A stretch of DNA of 54,622 bases from a candidate division WWE3 bacterium RIFCSPHIGHO2_01_FULL_40_23 (GCA_001772615.1 MEUZ01000001.1:1-54622), one strand, 5' to 3'. Positions 10,101 to 18,172 are shown, numbered from the stretch's first letter. Notes: generated from the letters alone by a model not told the origin. Numbers and translations are program-made.

Positions 10101-12296
10101 GTTTCCGACATGAACGCCACGCGTTCTTCCGTGGGCTCTCCGGTGGGTTCTGCCGTAGGGTACTGGAAAATGGATGAAGGGTATGAAACTACAGCTCATG
10201 ACTCCTATTCAACTGAAAACGATTTGACGCTATCAACAGCATCATGGACTCAAAGCGGAAAGTTTGGTAATGCCTGGAACGGGGATGGGGCAAAATGGCT
10301 CTCACGTACTAATGAGGCTGACTTTAACTTTACCGCCACGGAGGATTTTTCCATTTCTTTGTGGTTTAAATCCGACGCGGCGGGGAATCCGGGCGCGAAT
10401 CAGTATCTGGTTGATAAAGAAGTCGGGACAGGCTATGGGATATATTTCAACACCTCGGGACAGCCTGTTCTCGGTATTGATTCCGACGGAACGTGGACAC
10501 CTGCCGATACCGCTACAGCAGCCGTGGACGTTTATGATGGTACCAACTGGCATCACATTGTGGCAGTTAAAAGAGGAACATCCAGAATTGATATTTACTT
10601 AAACGGGTACTTGAGAGGTTCCGATACTTCACTTTCCGCATCAGGCGATCTTACAAACACCGATACCCTTACGATAGGGGATCAGGACGGAACCGACGAC
10701 GGGGATGAGTTCGCGGGAGATATAGACGAGGTTAAATTTTACAGATACGCTCTTTCGTCAACAGAAGTCAAAACCGAATTCAACCACGGGCAGGCCGTAG
10801 TTCTTGGAGCAAGCGGAACCACATCTACAGGAGCTGTTGACAACTCCCAAGCTAGGGAACATTGCATTCCGGGAGATTCTTCTACCTGCAACGCCGCTGT
10901 CGGTTGGTGGAAGCTTGATGAAGGAAGCGATGTTAACGCTTATGATGTCTCCGGAAATGGAAATAAAGGGACCCTGACCGGCTCCCCGGAATGGTCCACC
11001 GGGCAATTAGGCAAAGCTGTAACTTTCAACGATACAACACAGTCAGTTGATATGAATAATGCTTCGGCGGTTGACTTTGCAGACGCGCAGGATTTCACAA
11101 TTGAAGCCTGGGTGAACAGATCTTCAGCGGGAACAAACGACGTAATCATAGCTAAAAAGAATGATCAAACCACGGCCGCGGGCTACATCCTATATCTTGA
11201 ACAGTCAACTCCTGACATAAACTTTGTTGCGGCGGATGGCACTGACCAGTTTAGTGTAAACGGAACCACAACTATTCCGGGTACGGGATGGCATCACATT
11301 GTAGCCGTGTATGACGACGACAGTGCAAGTAACACAACAATTTATCTTGACGGCAGAAACGATAAAGAGAGCACTTCGGGGACGATAGGCAATGTGAACA
11401 GCCTTTCAAACGCGGTTGACTTCAGGGTCGGCTCGGAATCGGATGACGGCAACCCCTTTAACGGAAGTATAGACAACGTCAAGGTTTACAACTTCGCCAT
11501 GTCAGCCGCGCAGGCGGCTTACGCGTATAACCGCGGCGGGCCGATTGCCTGGTACAAGTTTGACGAATGCTCGGGAACAACCGCGTATAACGCCGCGCCA
11601 AACGCTGCTGGGCAGGCGGCGGGCGCTAACGGAACAATTACAATAGGCGCTGGCCTTGATAACACATCGGCAGGAACCTGTATCGGAGAAAGCTCGGAAG
11701 CTTGGAAGAACGGCGCGACGGGAAAATTTAACTCTTCCATTGATCTTGACGGCAATGATGATTTTGTGGATATGGACAACCAGACTTCTTTGGACATTGC
11801 CGATACGCAGGATTTTACTCTTGAAGCGTGGATTTACAGGGATTCTTTCACAACGGATGACACAGTGATTGCTAAAAAGAATGATCAAACTACGGCCGCG
11901 GGCTATATTCTTTACATAGATGATTCCACTGATGATGTTAATGTTGTCGTTTCCGACGGGACTGACACCTTCTCCATGAACGGAACACTCGCCATAACCG
12001 CAATCGGGTGGAATCACGTTGTTGTCGTGTTTGACGAGGATTCGGCAACAAACTCAACTATCTATGTGAATTCACTACCTGATAAAGAGAGCACCTCCGG
12101 GACGATAGGAAACGTCAACAGTCTCACAAACGCCGTTGATTTTAGAGTAGGCTCGGAATCAGACAGCGGGGAGCCGTTCATAGGCCAGATAGATAACGTA
12201 AAGCTTTATAACTACGCCGCTAACGCCACTCAAGTCAAAATGTTTTACAACGAAGGGTCATCCACAAGGTTTGGCCCCTCCTCCGGCCAACCCTAG
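4119..12296 (+). CDS. Giant secreted/membrane-anchored protein: N-terminal TM, DUF2341-like domain, six LamG/concanavalin A-like domains, ~1140 aa repeat insertion
   Basis: 2725 aa ORF. WY...YR..I...D.RF...YYGNP (DUF2341-like). Six (Y/W)(W/Y)K(F/M/L)DE...FDG...W.H...Y.DG...F.G.IDEV..Y modules. Confidence 0.9.
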   Translation: MTELTRFEKIRKINRAYRKAASFILGVFAIVIPILFLLRLGNKAEAVWYDESFSYRTSLTIGNSGAADANKKVKFDIDTAPLIAAGKMQGDCGDSRFTDINGRVLRYFIDVNGGACDGASTDYYVLVPIINSGNTVIYHYYGNPQAVDGTENSQFSEATFSPTSGPTAGSEEKSQGPISYWKFDEGYGTTVQDSMPARNDFSVPTPTGSVVGFEQQINIVDQNYFTRETTDFPTDNSLGLIHWTSSSYPGATVYFEGVARSGTNGGPGHVTLYDSSGNVVTGTHLLFNGTSITRVRSGAITLTDNTDYTVRVRSVGSTEFVEINAARLILVQSDPTKITDTETQIELGNSEGTSAGSYSTIDRKKIYNYDSTKFTPAPTAYIDATVRASKPKLEQQINITTQTFYTLSTSEVPTDNSLGLVHWTASSYPGATVYFEAVIKNNQASNITTARLYDSAGNAVSDGVVTTPNASYTRVRSSPITLTDNTDYTLRISTNGSSASIKAGRLIIIQSDTTKITDTETQIELGSPEGTSGTSYSSLDRKKIYNYDSTKFTPAPTAYIDATVRASKPKLEQQINIIDQIFSTTSASDTPTDNSLGLVHWTSASYTDATVYFEAVILNTQTGALTTATLYDNVGAGSAVAGAVVNTTSAGYTRVRSGAISLTNNTSYTVRIKASGFTARIKAARLIVIQSGATKLTDTETQIEIGNNETSTATSDTQLTDKKIYRYDSSKFTPTPTAYFEATLSNDTADQTTYASLYTDGSSCTTQVSGSEVTVVGTTWTRIRSGSITLSSGTDYMVCVRVSANTAKIANAKIILVQSDSNGITAVEIVHQYLNTLNTTTDGFFTVRTYFNRLELVNFGVYPSIFFEATMKITSGTVQARLGQLEGGNIALTNTTITTTATSYTRIRHPTDSVKDLPQTGTNIDLHTFRTGSGTGSLSTAWLIIQLSNIPTSGGTGYVQLYDDTTPGAVSGSEVTTNSVDFVRVRSTSFSLTTAKNYVIQIKSATIANAKLVLVQSAAGGITAVELIHDQINTMEIEQSQLGINHDFLNEFNLSNFGVYPSIYFEATFKTTSGTATSRIMNRSSSNLITGASVTTTSTSYERVRTSSELAIDFPQSSNEIDTNMIVSGGNITNTTTISRLVIQLSNIPTSGGTGYVQLYDESAVGAVAGSEVTTNSADFVRVRSGSFTLTSGNNVVIQIKSGIIANAKLVLVQSAAGGITAVEMVQQYINTLNTTTSTSYVDQDYLNQFDPGNFKGGGTFTYFYEGTIKTTAGTAYSQLRNDTDAAAITGSEITTTSVSYVRVRSGNITANMPASAKNMDAQLHNSASTNTTSSTSTWLIIQAASLSTTSATAVAAAWKPEDLCLSGKCLQFDGVGSSLSKTYSSDKELDPATGSFSVSAWFRHSSILSGPDMIVARYSSAGFKVYASGSGVCFGIDDDSSFGPDDDACSSNYYNDSNWHFLTAVKNGTTSITLYIDGAQVDTQGSLNATGSLSGSSPTFYIGVDSNGTSYPWDGFLDEIKYYSYARSIAQVKSDYAAGLAKASVPEGTSVTLGSPSGSTNTLSNGLVGYWKMDESSWNNDCSTSTVTDSSGNGAHAMACPASTGPTGNAAGRFFRAGNLDGSNDYLETDNMQLPTSDFTYAAWVNLDDNTDEAILMVSNNEGNENELVVEVGIATNAKVGVWVDGATGANLISTGSVSTGAWNHIVVTRAKDRILVYINGIQDLTTASVSGTLSFSGCQLLIGTEADSACAGSLGNYMDGKIDEVRAYNRALSSKEARELYDFGTGAVAYYKLDEKTSSLAYDTSTNGNTTSTFTGNTAWDVGKFGSGLSFDGNDDVVRVVESSTTDLGATTESYSVSAWIKTTMDYSSNGSVFSKNDGTGAYPFDLYLNSSEFACFQISDGTNTPSACGSTALNDGNWHYLTGIRDTVTDKVYIYVDGTLINSATDTTTATAANDDDLSIGNAGASYTGADFNGTIDEVKFHDHARSAKQIVSDMNATRSSVGSPVGSAVGYWKMDEGYETTAHDSYSTENDLTLSTASWTQSGKFGNAWNGDGAKWLSRTNEADFNFTATEDFSISLWFKSDAAGNPGANQYLVDKEVGTGYGIYFNTSGQPVLGIDSDGTWTPADTATAAVDVYDGTNWHHIVAVKRGTSRIDIYLNGYLRGSDTSLSASGDLTNTDTLTIGDQDGTDDGDEFAGDIDEVKFYRYALSSTEVKTEFNHGQAVVLGASGTTSTGAVDNSQAREHCIPGDSSTCNAAVGWWKLDEGSDVNAYDVSGNGNKGTLTGSPEWSTGQLGKAVTFNDTTQSVDMNNASAVDFADAQDFTIEAWVNRSSAGTNDVIIAKKNDQTTAAGYILYLEQSTPDINFVAADGTDQFSVNGTTTIPGTGWHHIVAVYDDDSASNTTIYLDGRNDKESTSGTIGNVNSLSNAVDFRVGSESDDGNPFNGSIDNVKVYNFAMSAAQAAYAYNRGGPIAWYKFDECSGTTAYNAAPNAAGQAAGANGTITIGAGLDNTSAGTCIGESSEAWKNGATGKFNSSIDLDGNDDFVDMDNQTSLDIADTQDFTLEAWIYRDSFTTDDTVIAKKNDQTTAAGYILYIDDSTDDVNVVVSDGTDTFSMNGTLAITAIGWNHVVVVFDEDSATNSTIYVNSLPDKESTSGTIGNVNSLTNAVDFRVGSESDSGEPFIGQIDNVKLYNYAANATQVKMFYNEGSSTRFGPSSGQP
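5207..5848 (+). repeat. Identical 108-bp intragenic direct repeat (5207-5314 and 5741-5848)
   Basis: Base-by-base identical, period 534 bp (178 codons). A second repeat set starts CTCTCAAACATACCAACTTC at 6957 and 7551. Confidence 0.95.
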
Positions 12297-12316
12297 TGAA
12301 GAGACCCAACCCTTGT

Positions 12317-12442
12317 TGTCATGCCGTCCGCCAATCGACGGATGATCCAGACTTGCTTGGTTTATGTCATTCTGGACCTGATCCAGAACCTATGATCTTA
12401 GATCCCGCATCAAGTGCGGGATGACAGGCGCTGGAATGACAC
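12317..12442. repeat. REP-like hairpin cluster
   Basis: GTCATGCC..., GTCATTCTGGACCTGATCCAGAA, GATCCCGCATCAAGTGCGGGATGAC (12401-12425). Confidence 0.85.
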
Positions 12443-12550
12443 AGTTGCCTCAAACACAGTAGTCGTTGCTTCCCACCCACAATCTCACATTCGCAACTAT
12501 CGCACTCTTGTTATAAAATACCTACATCCAAATCAAAAGGAGAAGACAAA

Positions 12551-12811
12551 ATGGGAAAACACCACGCAAAGGGGCAGAACGAACTTCCGGAAGCGGCCGG
12601 GGTTCTTTACATGTTCCTTTTTCTGATCGCTTTACCATTTACTGCATACTGCGCATACAAGATTTGGCAGCTTGGGCTGGTTCATCCAATCACAATCAGC
12701 CTCATTCTTGTTGATGCCCTAGTCATTAGAGCCTTAGTGTTACCTCTAATAAGTCTAGGGAAACTAAAGCAGAAATTACAGGATAACAAAGGAGAAAGAG
12801 ATGAAAACTAG
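12551..12811 (+). CDS. Small 2-TM membrane protein
   Basis: AAAAGGAGAAG SD before ATG; two hydrophobic segments; paralog of the next ORF (GL.HP.TI motif). Confidence 0.75.
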   Translation: MGKHHAKGQNELPEAAGVLYMFLFLIALPFTAYCAYKIWQLGLVHPITISLILVDALVIRALVLPLISLGKLKQKLQDNKGERDEN

Positions 12812-13019
12812 AGATAATTCAGGAGGAAGCGTTCAGGATCCGGAGGAGCACGCCCTTACCGGAACCATTTATGGCCTGCTTTTCCTGGCGCTCATTCCAT
12901 TGGCCGTAGGCCTCTTGATCTCAATCTTCAGGCTAGGGCTGATACACCCCGTAACCATCGGGATTGCTCTTGCAGGCCTCGTTGACGTCAGAATCCTCAC
13001 GCTACCGCCAAGAAGGTAA
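12801..13019 (+). CDS. Small 2-TM membrane protein (paralog of 12551)
   Basis: AAAGGAG SD; overlaps the upstream stop; GLIHPVTIG vs GLVHPITIS. Confidence 0.75.
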   Translation: MKTRDNSGGSVQDPEEHALTGTIYGLLFLALIPLAVGLLISIFRLGLIHPVTIGIALAGLVDVRILTLPPRR

Positions 13020-13030
13020 GAGGTGGGGGA

Positions 13031-13393
13031 ATGCTAAAGAGAATTGCTTTGGCAGCACTTCTTGTCGCCGTAATTCTAATCCTTGAGAAGATTGCGGCAC
13101 CTACATGGGTAAAAACCCTTCTCACCGTTGCTCTGGTAGTCCTTTTTCTTGCCACAAACTCCCGATTCTGGGAACCGTCTGCTGGAAGAACTTTGTACCA
13201 GGAGACACACGTGGTTTCAACCTTATTCTACTGCCCTCAATGCCACAGGCTTGTAAGGAATGAGGTTAGAATCACTATTGAGGCGAGGGACCCAATGGAG
13301 CTTAAGTTCAAAAGTCTAACCTTCCTACCCTCCGCTAAGATAACAGGAAGAAGGCTGCACGATGAAGTTCACCGCGGGCCTCTTTTGAACTAA
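13031..13393 (+). CDS. Small membrane protein with C-terminal CxxC(H) motif
   Basis: GAGGTGGGG SD; two TM segments then FYCPQCHR. Confidence 0.7.
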   Translation: MLKRIALAALLVAVILILEKIAAPTWVKTLLTVALVVLFLATNSRFWEPSAGRTLYQETHVVSTLFYCPQCHRLVRNEVRITIEARDPMELKFKSLTFLPSAKITGRRLHDEVHRGPLLN

Positions 13394-13400
13394 AAACTGG

Positions 13401-13440
13401 GGGGCTTTACCGGAGACTCATTCTCCAAAGCCCCTCTTTA
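13401..13440 (+). terminator. Intrinsic terminator of the 12551-13393 operon
   Basis: GGGGCTTT/AAAGCCCC stem with inner GGAGA/TCTCC, followed by TCTTT. Confidence 0.6.
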
Positions 13441-13791
13441 GTTAGGATCAGGTCGCAATTTGATCCACCCGGCCCAAAATTCCCGCACTATCTTAAAATA
13501 AATAATTTCAAAAATAAATAATACATTTTTTGCTTTTTTATTTTCTTAGAAAAAATTTATTTATTTTCATTAAAAAAGCCAAAATCCCCAAAACCCTAAA
13601 ATTTATGTGAAACGTCGTTAATGTAAAAATGCCTGGATCCTATAGGATGTGTGGTTTTTCCTGTGGTCTAAAGTTACCTAACCAGGGTTGTAACAACACT
13701 TATTCAAATATGTTAAGTACATAGTGTTCCCCAGAAGAAAAATATCGATCACCTACATTCTTCCCACTGCTCTCTTGCGAAAGAGGCCTAA

Positions 13792-13962
13792 AAGTCAGAG
13801 GTAATCATCCTTAAAGAAGGATTCTCGCAGCCATTGCTTTGTATTTATGAATTAATACTTTATAGCAATGGCGAGAGGAAGGGGCCGCGTGAGTAATGAA
13901 TATACAGTTCTGTAACGTACCGCGAGATCCCGTGCCTTCGAGAGGATGATTACCCCTGATTT
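13792..13962. ncRNA. Candidate structured ncRNA (~170 nt, 6S-like size)
   Basis: Ends pair over 20 bp (13792-13811 with 13943-13962); internal 9-bp perfect stem 13830-13838/13864-13872; no credible ORF. Confidence 0.55.
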
Positions 13963-14011
13963 CTATACCGATTATTTCCCGCACATTTTCTGCAACACAC
14001 ACTAACAAAAT

Positions 14012-16558
14012 TCACTCCAAAACTATATTAACAATCTTTCCCTCTACATAAATAAAATCTTTAACATTTCTTGCAGATATTATTTCCCGCATTTTTTCCG
14101 AAGATAATACTCTACTCTTGACCAGCTCCTTATCTTTTATTTCACCCAGAGTGAACTTAACTCTATCCCTAACCTTGCCATTCACGGAAACTACAACTGT
14201 AACTTCATCCTCTGCAATAAGCCCATCATCATACTCCGGCCATGAAGCCGTTGTGACACTATACTTTTCACCCGCCATTTCCCAAATCTCCTCGGCTATA
14301 TGGGGTGCAAATGGCGCCATCACCTCAACAAAAAGTTTTAGAGAATCAAGGCCGACCAAGTCCTTATTTTCCTTCCAGAAGTTAGAAAATTCCATCATTG
14401 CTGAAACGGCCGTATTAAACTTTAACTCCTCTATATCGCTCCCAACCTTTTTTATAAGTTTATGGACCATCTTTAGGACATTTTTTTCAGATACTTTTAA
14501 CCCTCTTTCGATTGCATCAAGCGAAAGAGACCAAACTCTGTTATAAAAGCGCCTGACGCCCTCAACACCCTGTGTACTCCAGGCTTTGGTTGCTTCAATA
14601 GGGCCGATAAACATCTCATAAGTCCTCATGGTATCGGCTCCGAAGGCCGAAATTACATCATCGGGGTTAATGATGTTTCCCCACCTTTTACTCATTTTCT
14701 GGCTGTCACCCGCAAGCACCAACCCCTGATGCCTTAATTTCATAAAAGGTTCATCAAAGTGAGTAAAGCCAAGATCAAACAAAACCTTAGTTAAAAACCT
14801 GGAATAAAGTAAATGCAAAACCGTGTGCTCTGCTCCGCCCATGTACATATCAACAGGCAAAAACTTCTGCATTTTCTCCTTTGAGGCAAACTCCTTATCG
14901 TTATGCGGATCACAAAATCTGAAAAAATACCAGGAAGAATCAACAAAGGTGTCCATGGTATCAACCTCTCTTTTCACACCTTTTATTGCTCCACACTTTG
15001 GGCACTTAACATTCGCTTGAAAGTCCTTTGATCTCATCAAAGGAGATTCGCCCGTCGGTTTAAAATCAACATCAACTGGAAGTTTAACCGGAAGATCCTC
15101 CACTGGCACTGGAACAATTGCATACCTAACCCCGTCAATTTCAGTCGTGTCATAGCAACCCTCACAACTCCCACCGTGATCGCAGCCACACTCTCCCCCG
15201 CAACAACCTCCTTCATCCTCAAAATGAGCGCAGTGCGGACAGTAGATAATGGGAATCGGTGCGCCCCAATATCTTTGTCTTGAGATTAACCAATCCCTTA
15301 GCTTATATGTAACCTCGCTTCTTGCATTTCCCTCTTTTTCCAGATCTCTTACAATCTTTTCCCTGGCCAGCTCTGAATTAAGCCCATTGTACTTTCCCGA
15401 GTTCTCAAGGACACCCTCCTCATCACAATAAACTACCTCACTGTCATTGCCTTCCTTCTTAATAACCTTCTTTATCGGAAGCTTGTACTTAACCGCAAAC
15501 AGATAATCCCGTTCGTCGTGCGCAGGCACTGCCATAATTGCACCCGTGCCGTACCCCATTAACACGTAATCAGCTATCCAAACGGGAATTTTCTCGTCAT
15601 TAGCAGGATTAATCGCGTAGGACCCGGTGAATACACCGCTTTTTTCTTTCTCAACAGCTGATCTTTGGATCTCCGACTTTTTAGCCGCCCCCTCCTTATA
15701 TTTTTCAACTTCTTTGGCATACTCTTTTTTAGTAACCTTTAAAACAGCCGGATGTTCGGGAGACAAAACCAGATAAGTAGCTCCAAACAGAGTATCAGCT
15801 CTTGTAGTAAAAACTTCCACAAACTCTGAAGAACCATCTATCTTAAAGCTAATAATTGCACCGTCGCTCCTTCCTATCCAGTTTCTTTGCCCCTGCTTCG
15901 TTGACTGCGGCCAGTCTATTTTTGAAAGGTCCTGTAAAAGCCTATCAGCGTACTCCGTTATCTTAAAAAACCATTGTTCAAGTTCTTTTTTGACAACCTC
16001 GGTCCCACACCTCTCACATACGTTTTTATCTTCACTTTTAATAACCTGCTCGTTAGCCAGAACTGTCCTGCATGAAGGGCACCAGTTAACCGGAGCTTTT
16101 TTCCTATACGCTAAACCGTTTTTAAATAAAAGCAGAAATAGCCACTGCGTCCACTTATAATACTCCGGGCTACTTGTGTCTATTTCCCTACTCCAGTCAT
16201 ATGATAAACCCGTTCTTTTAATTTGGGATTTAAACTTTTCAATCGCTTTCTGGGTAGTTTCCTTCGGATGGATTTTTTCTTTTATTGCGTAATTTTCGGC
16301 GGGAAGACCAAACGCATCCCATCCCATAGGATGTAAAACGTTGTATCCACTGGCCCTCATATATCTTGAGTACACATCGGTTGCAGTATACCCTTCTACG
16401 TGGCCAACATGCAGTCCCGCGCCAGAAGGATATGGAAACATATCAAGACAATAAAACTTTTTTTTATCAGTTGTATCTTTAACTTGATAAATCTTGTCAG
16501 TTTCCCATTTTTTCTGCCATTTTGGTTCTATTTCATCCGGTCTATATATTTTTTTCAT
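14012..16558 (-). CDS. leuS: Leucine--tRNA ligase
   Basis: MFPYPSGAGLHVGH (HIGH), GTGAIMAVPAHDERD editing motif, KMSKR (KMSKS). Confidence 0.99.
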   Translation of the reverse strand: MKKIYRPDEIEPKWQKKWETDKIYQVKDTTDKKKFYCLDMFPYPSGAGLHVGHVEGYTATDVYSRYMRASGYNVLHPMGWDAFGLPAENYAIKEKIHPKETTQKAIEKFKSQIKRTGLSYDWSREIDTSSPEYYKWTQWLFLLLFKNGLAYRKKAPVNWCPSCRTVLANEQVIKSEDKNVCERCGTEVVKKELEQWFFKITEYADRLLQDLSKIDWPQSTKQGQRNWIGRSDGAIISFKIDGSSEFVEVFTTRADTLFGATYLVLSPEHPAVLKVTKKEYAKEVEKYKEGAAKKSEIQRSAVEKEKSGVFTGSYAINPANDEKIPVWIADYVLMGYGTGAIMAVPAHDERDYLFAVKYKLPIKKVIKKEGNDSEVVYCDEEGVLENSGKYNGLNSELAREKIVRDLEKEGNARSEVTYKLRDWLISRQRYWGAPIPIIYCPHCAHFEDEGGCCGGECGCDHGGSCEGCYDTTEIDGVRYAIVPVPVEDLPVKLPVDVDFKPTGESPLMRSKDFQANVKCPKCGAIKGVKREVDTMDTFVDSSWYFFRFCDPHNDKEFASKEKMQKFLPVDMYMGGAEHTVLHLLYSRFLTKVLFDLGFTHFDEPFMKLRHQGLVLAGDSQKMSKRWGNIINPDDVISAFGADTMRTYEMFIGPIEATKAWSTQGVEGVRRFYNRVWSLSLDAIERGLKVSEKNVLKMVHKLIKKVGSDIEELKFNTAVSAMMEFSNFWKENKDLVGLDSLKLFVEVMAPFAPHIAEEIWEMAGEKYSVTTASWPEYDDGLIAEDEVTVVVSVNGKVRDRVKFTLGEIKDKELVKSRVLSSEKMREIISARNVKDFIYVEGKIVNIVLE

Positions 16559-16609
16559 TTTATTCCTTCTTGTGTGAAGACTAGAAAGTTAAAAACTTTG
16601 AAGCTTCAC

Positions 16610-16630
16610 AAAAAAACTCCCTTGCGGGAG
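16610..16630 (-). terminator. Attenuator terminator in the leuS leader
   Basis: Minus strand CTCCC-GCAA-GGGAG followed by a T7 tract, ~50 nt upstream of the leuS ATG. Confidence 0.8.
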
Positions 16631-16664
16631 CCAACTTGTTACTTAAAGCAATAACCCCCAAACC

Positions 16665-16733
16665 TTACAAGCTCCAAAGAAGGAGTGTTAAAGGGTTGGT
16701 ATTTAGGTTTCTTACTGCCGTAAAATTATTCAT
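16665..16733 (-). CDS. Putative Leu-rich leader peptide MNNFTAVRNLNTNPLTLLLWSL
   Basis: 22-codon ORF with 6 Leu codons (5 in the last 8), directly upstream of the terminator in the leuS leader. Confidence 0.7.
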   Translation of the reverse strand: MNNFTAVRNLNTNPLTLLLWSL

Positions 16734-16857
16734 AGAATACAAATATATATATACAGGATTTACACCAGCAAAGCAACAATGAAATTAAAACAACCGATGC
16801 TCCCAAAAGCTGAAATGTTAAGTAATCTTGTAAATTTATCTAACGCTTAAGGTTATA

Positions 16858-16902
16858 GATCCCGCATCAAGCCTGCCTGATGGCAGGCAGGTGCGGGATG
16901 AC
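16858..16902. repeat. REP-like hairpin carrying a nested 20-nt hairpin insert
   Basis: Same as 12401-12425 but with CCTGCCTGATGGCAGGCAGG inserted in the loop. Confidence 0.9.
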
Positions 16903-16983
16903 AACTTGTTCTTTGAATAAATGATCAACTAACAACTCATCATGAACTATTTTGAAACAACCTTTTAATTCGGCATGACGTTG

Positions 16984-17250
16984 TCACTTTAATATCTCTT
17001 TTCTTAAATCCTCTATAACACCGTCAACTTTATCTCTATTTATGCCGTAGTAAACTTCTCTGCCCTTTTTGGAGCTTTTTAGAAATCCAAGGTAAGCTAA
17101 AACTCTTAAATGATGGGAAGCAAGATTTTCCTCAACTTTAAGACCGGAAGCTACCTCCCCTACATTTTTTGATCCGTCACTTAACATTGTTAAAATCTTA
17201 AGTCTGTTTTTATCAGAGAATGCTTTGGAAACTTTTAAAATATCAAACAT
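16984..17250 (-). CDS. ArsR/SmtB family winged-helix regulator
   Basis: KAFSDKNRLKIL..L....KNVGEVA.......NLASHHLRVL...G.L...K.GREVYY. Confidence 0.93.
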   Translation of the reverse strand: MFDILKVSKAFSDKNRLKILTMLSDGSKNVGEVASGLKVEENLASHHLRVLAYLGFLKSSKKGREVYYGINRDKVDGVIEDLRKEILK

Positions 17251-17365
17251 TTATGACACCCCCTTTGCTAATAAACATAATTATTATACGTAACTTTATA
17301 ACGTTTGTTGAATCTTTGCAAGTGCAGGACCAGGCCGCAACCTAGTCCAACCCACTTCTTCCCTC

Positions 17366-17393
17366 TTGACAAGTCCTATAGGGTAAATATAAT
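17366..17393 (+). promoter_or_regulatory. sigma70 promoter with CCTATAGG palindrome in the spacer
   Basis: TTGACA-16 nt-TATAAT just upstream of ORF 17402. Confidence 0.75.
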
Positions 17394-17401
17394 CCCTTTA
17401 G

Positions 17402-18070
17402 ATGAAGGAAGAAAATCTTATATCAATTGACCAGCTGATTAAATCCGCAAAAAAAGAAGGTGTAGGTTTTGGAAAGTCTGATCCTTATAACAGACTCCGT
17501 TACTACACTAAGATATCTCTTCTTCCCCATATGGAAAGGAGACTTGGAAAAGGAGGCAAGCTTGAGGCGTTCTATCCGAAAGATGCCCTTCCAAAACTAA
17601 TTAAAATTGAAGGTCTGAAAGAAAAAGGGCTATCAAATGAAGACATACTAAAAGAACTTAAAAAAGAAGAAATCTCCTTTAAAAGTTACCTTGCATCAAA
17701 AATCAACACTAAAAATTTAGTAATAGCCGCCTCTTCCCTATTCCTTTTGATTATCGTACTTCACCAAAGAGGCGTAATAACTCTGGGTAAAGAAAATGAT
17801 CAAAAACTCCTTAACCCTGACGACGTAACCAAAGGTCTTAATGTTGTTGATTCGGGTACAAATGTGCTAAAGGGTGGCAAAAATAAAACTTTTGTAAGGT
17901 CAACTAAAGTAACGGAATTGTCACAGATAGAAGTTGCCTTCAAAGACTCCTACGAACCCGCTCAAAACTTCTGGATTGAAACAAGAATCCCGCAGGAAGG
18001 ATTCATACTGTCTCTTGACAACCAGATTAGCCAGGAGGCTTCCTTTTCCTGGTGGGTGTTGGAAAATTAA
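17402..18070 (+). CDS. MerR-like HTH protein with TM segment and extracytoplasmic C-terminal domain
   Basis: RLRYYTKISLLP...YPKDAL.KL..I..LKEKGLS.EDI (MerR-type wHTH), hydrophobic LVIAASSLFLLIIVL, C-terminal domain ending FSWWVLEN. Confidence 0.8.
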   Translation: MKEENLISIDQLIKSAKKEGVGFGKSDPYNRLRYYTKISLLPHMERRLGKGGKLEAFYPKDALPKLIKIEGLKEKGLSNEDILKELKKEEISFKSYLASKINTKNLVIAASSLFLLIIVLHQRGVITLGKENDQKLLNPDDVTKGLNVVDSGTNVLKGGKNKTFVRSTKVTELSQIEVAFKDSYEPAQNFWIETRIPQEGFILSLDNQISQEASFSWWVLEN

Positions 18071-18172
18071 GCCTATTTCCCTTTAAGGAAATTGCCTATT
18101 GACATTTAATAAACCACCCAACTATTATAATCCCATTAAGGTAATTTATATTTATCTGATTTGAAAGGAATT

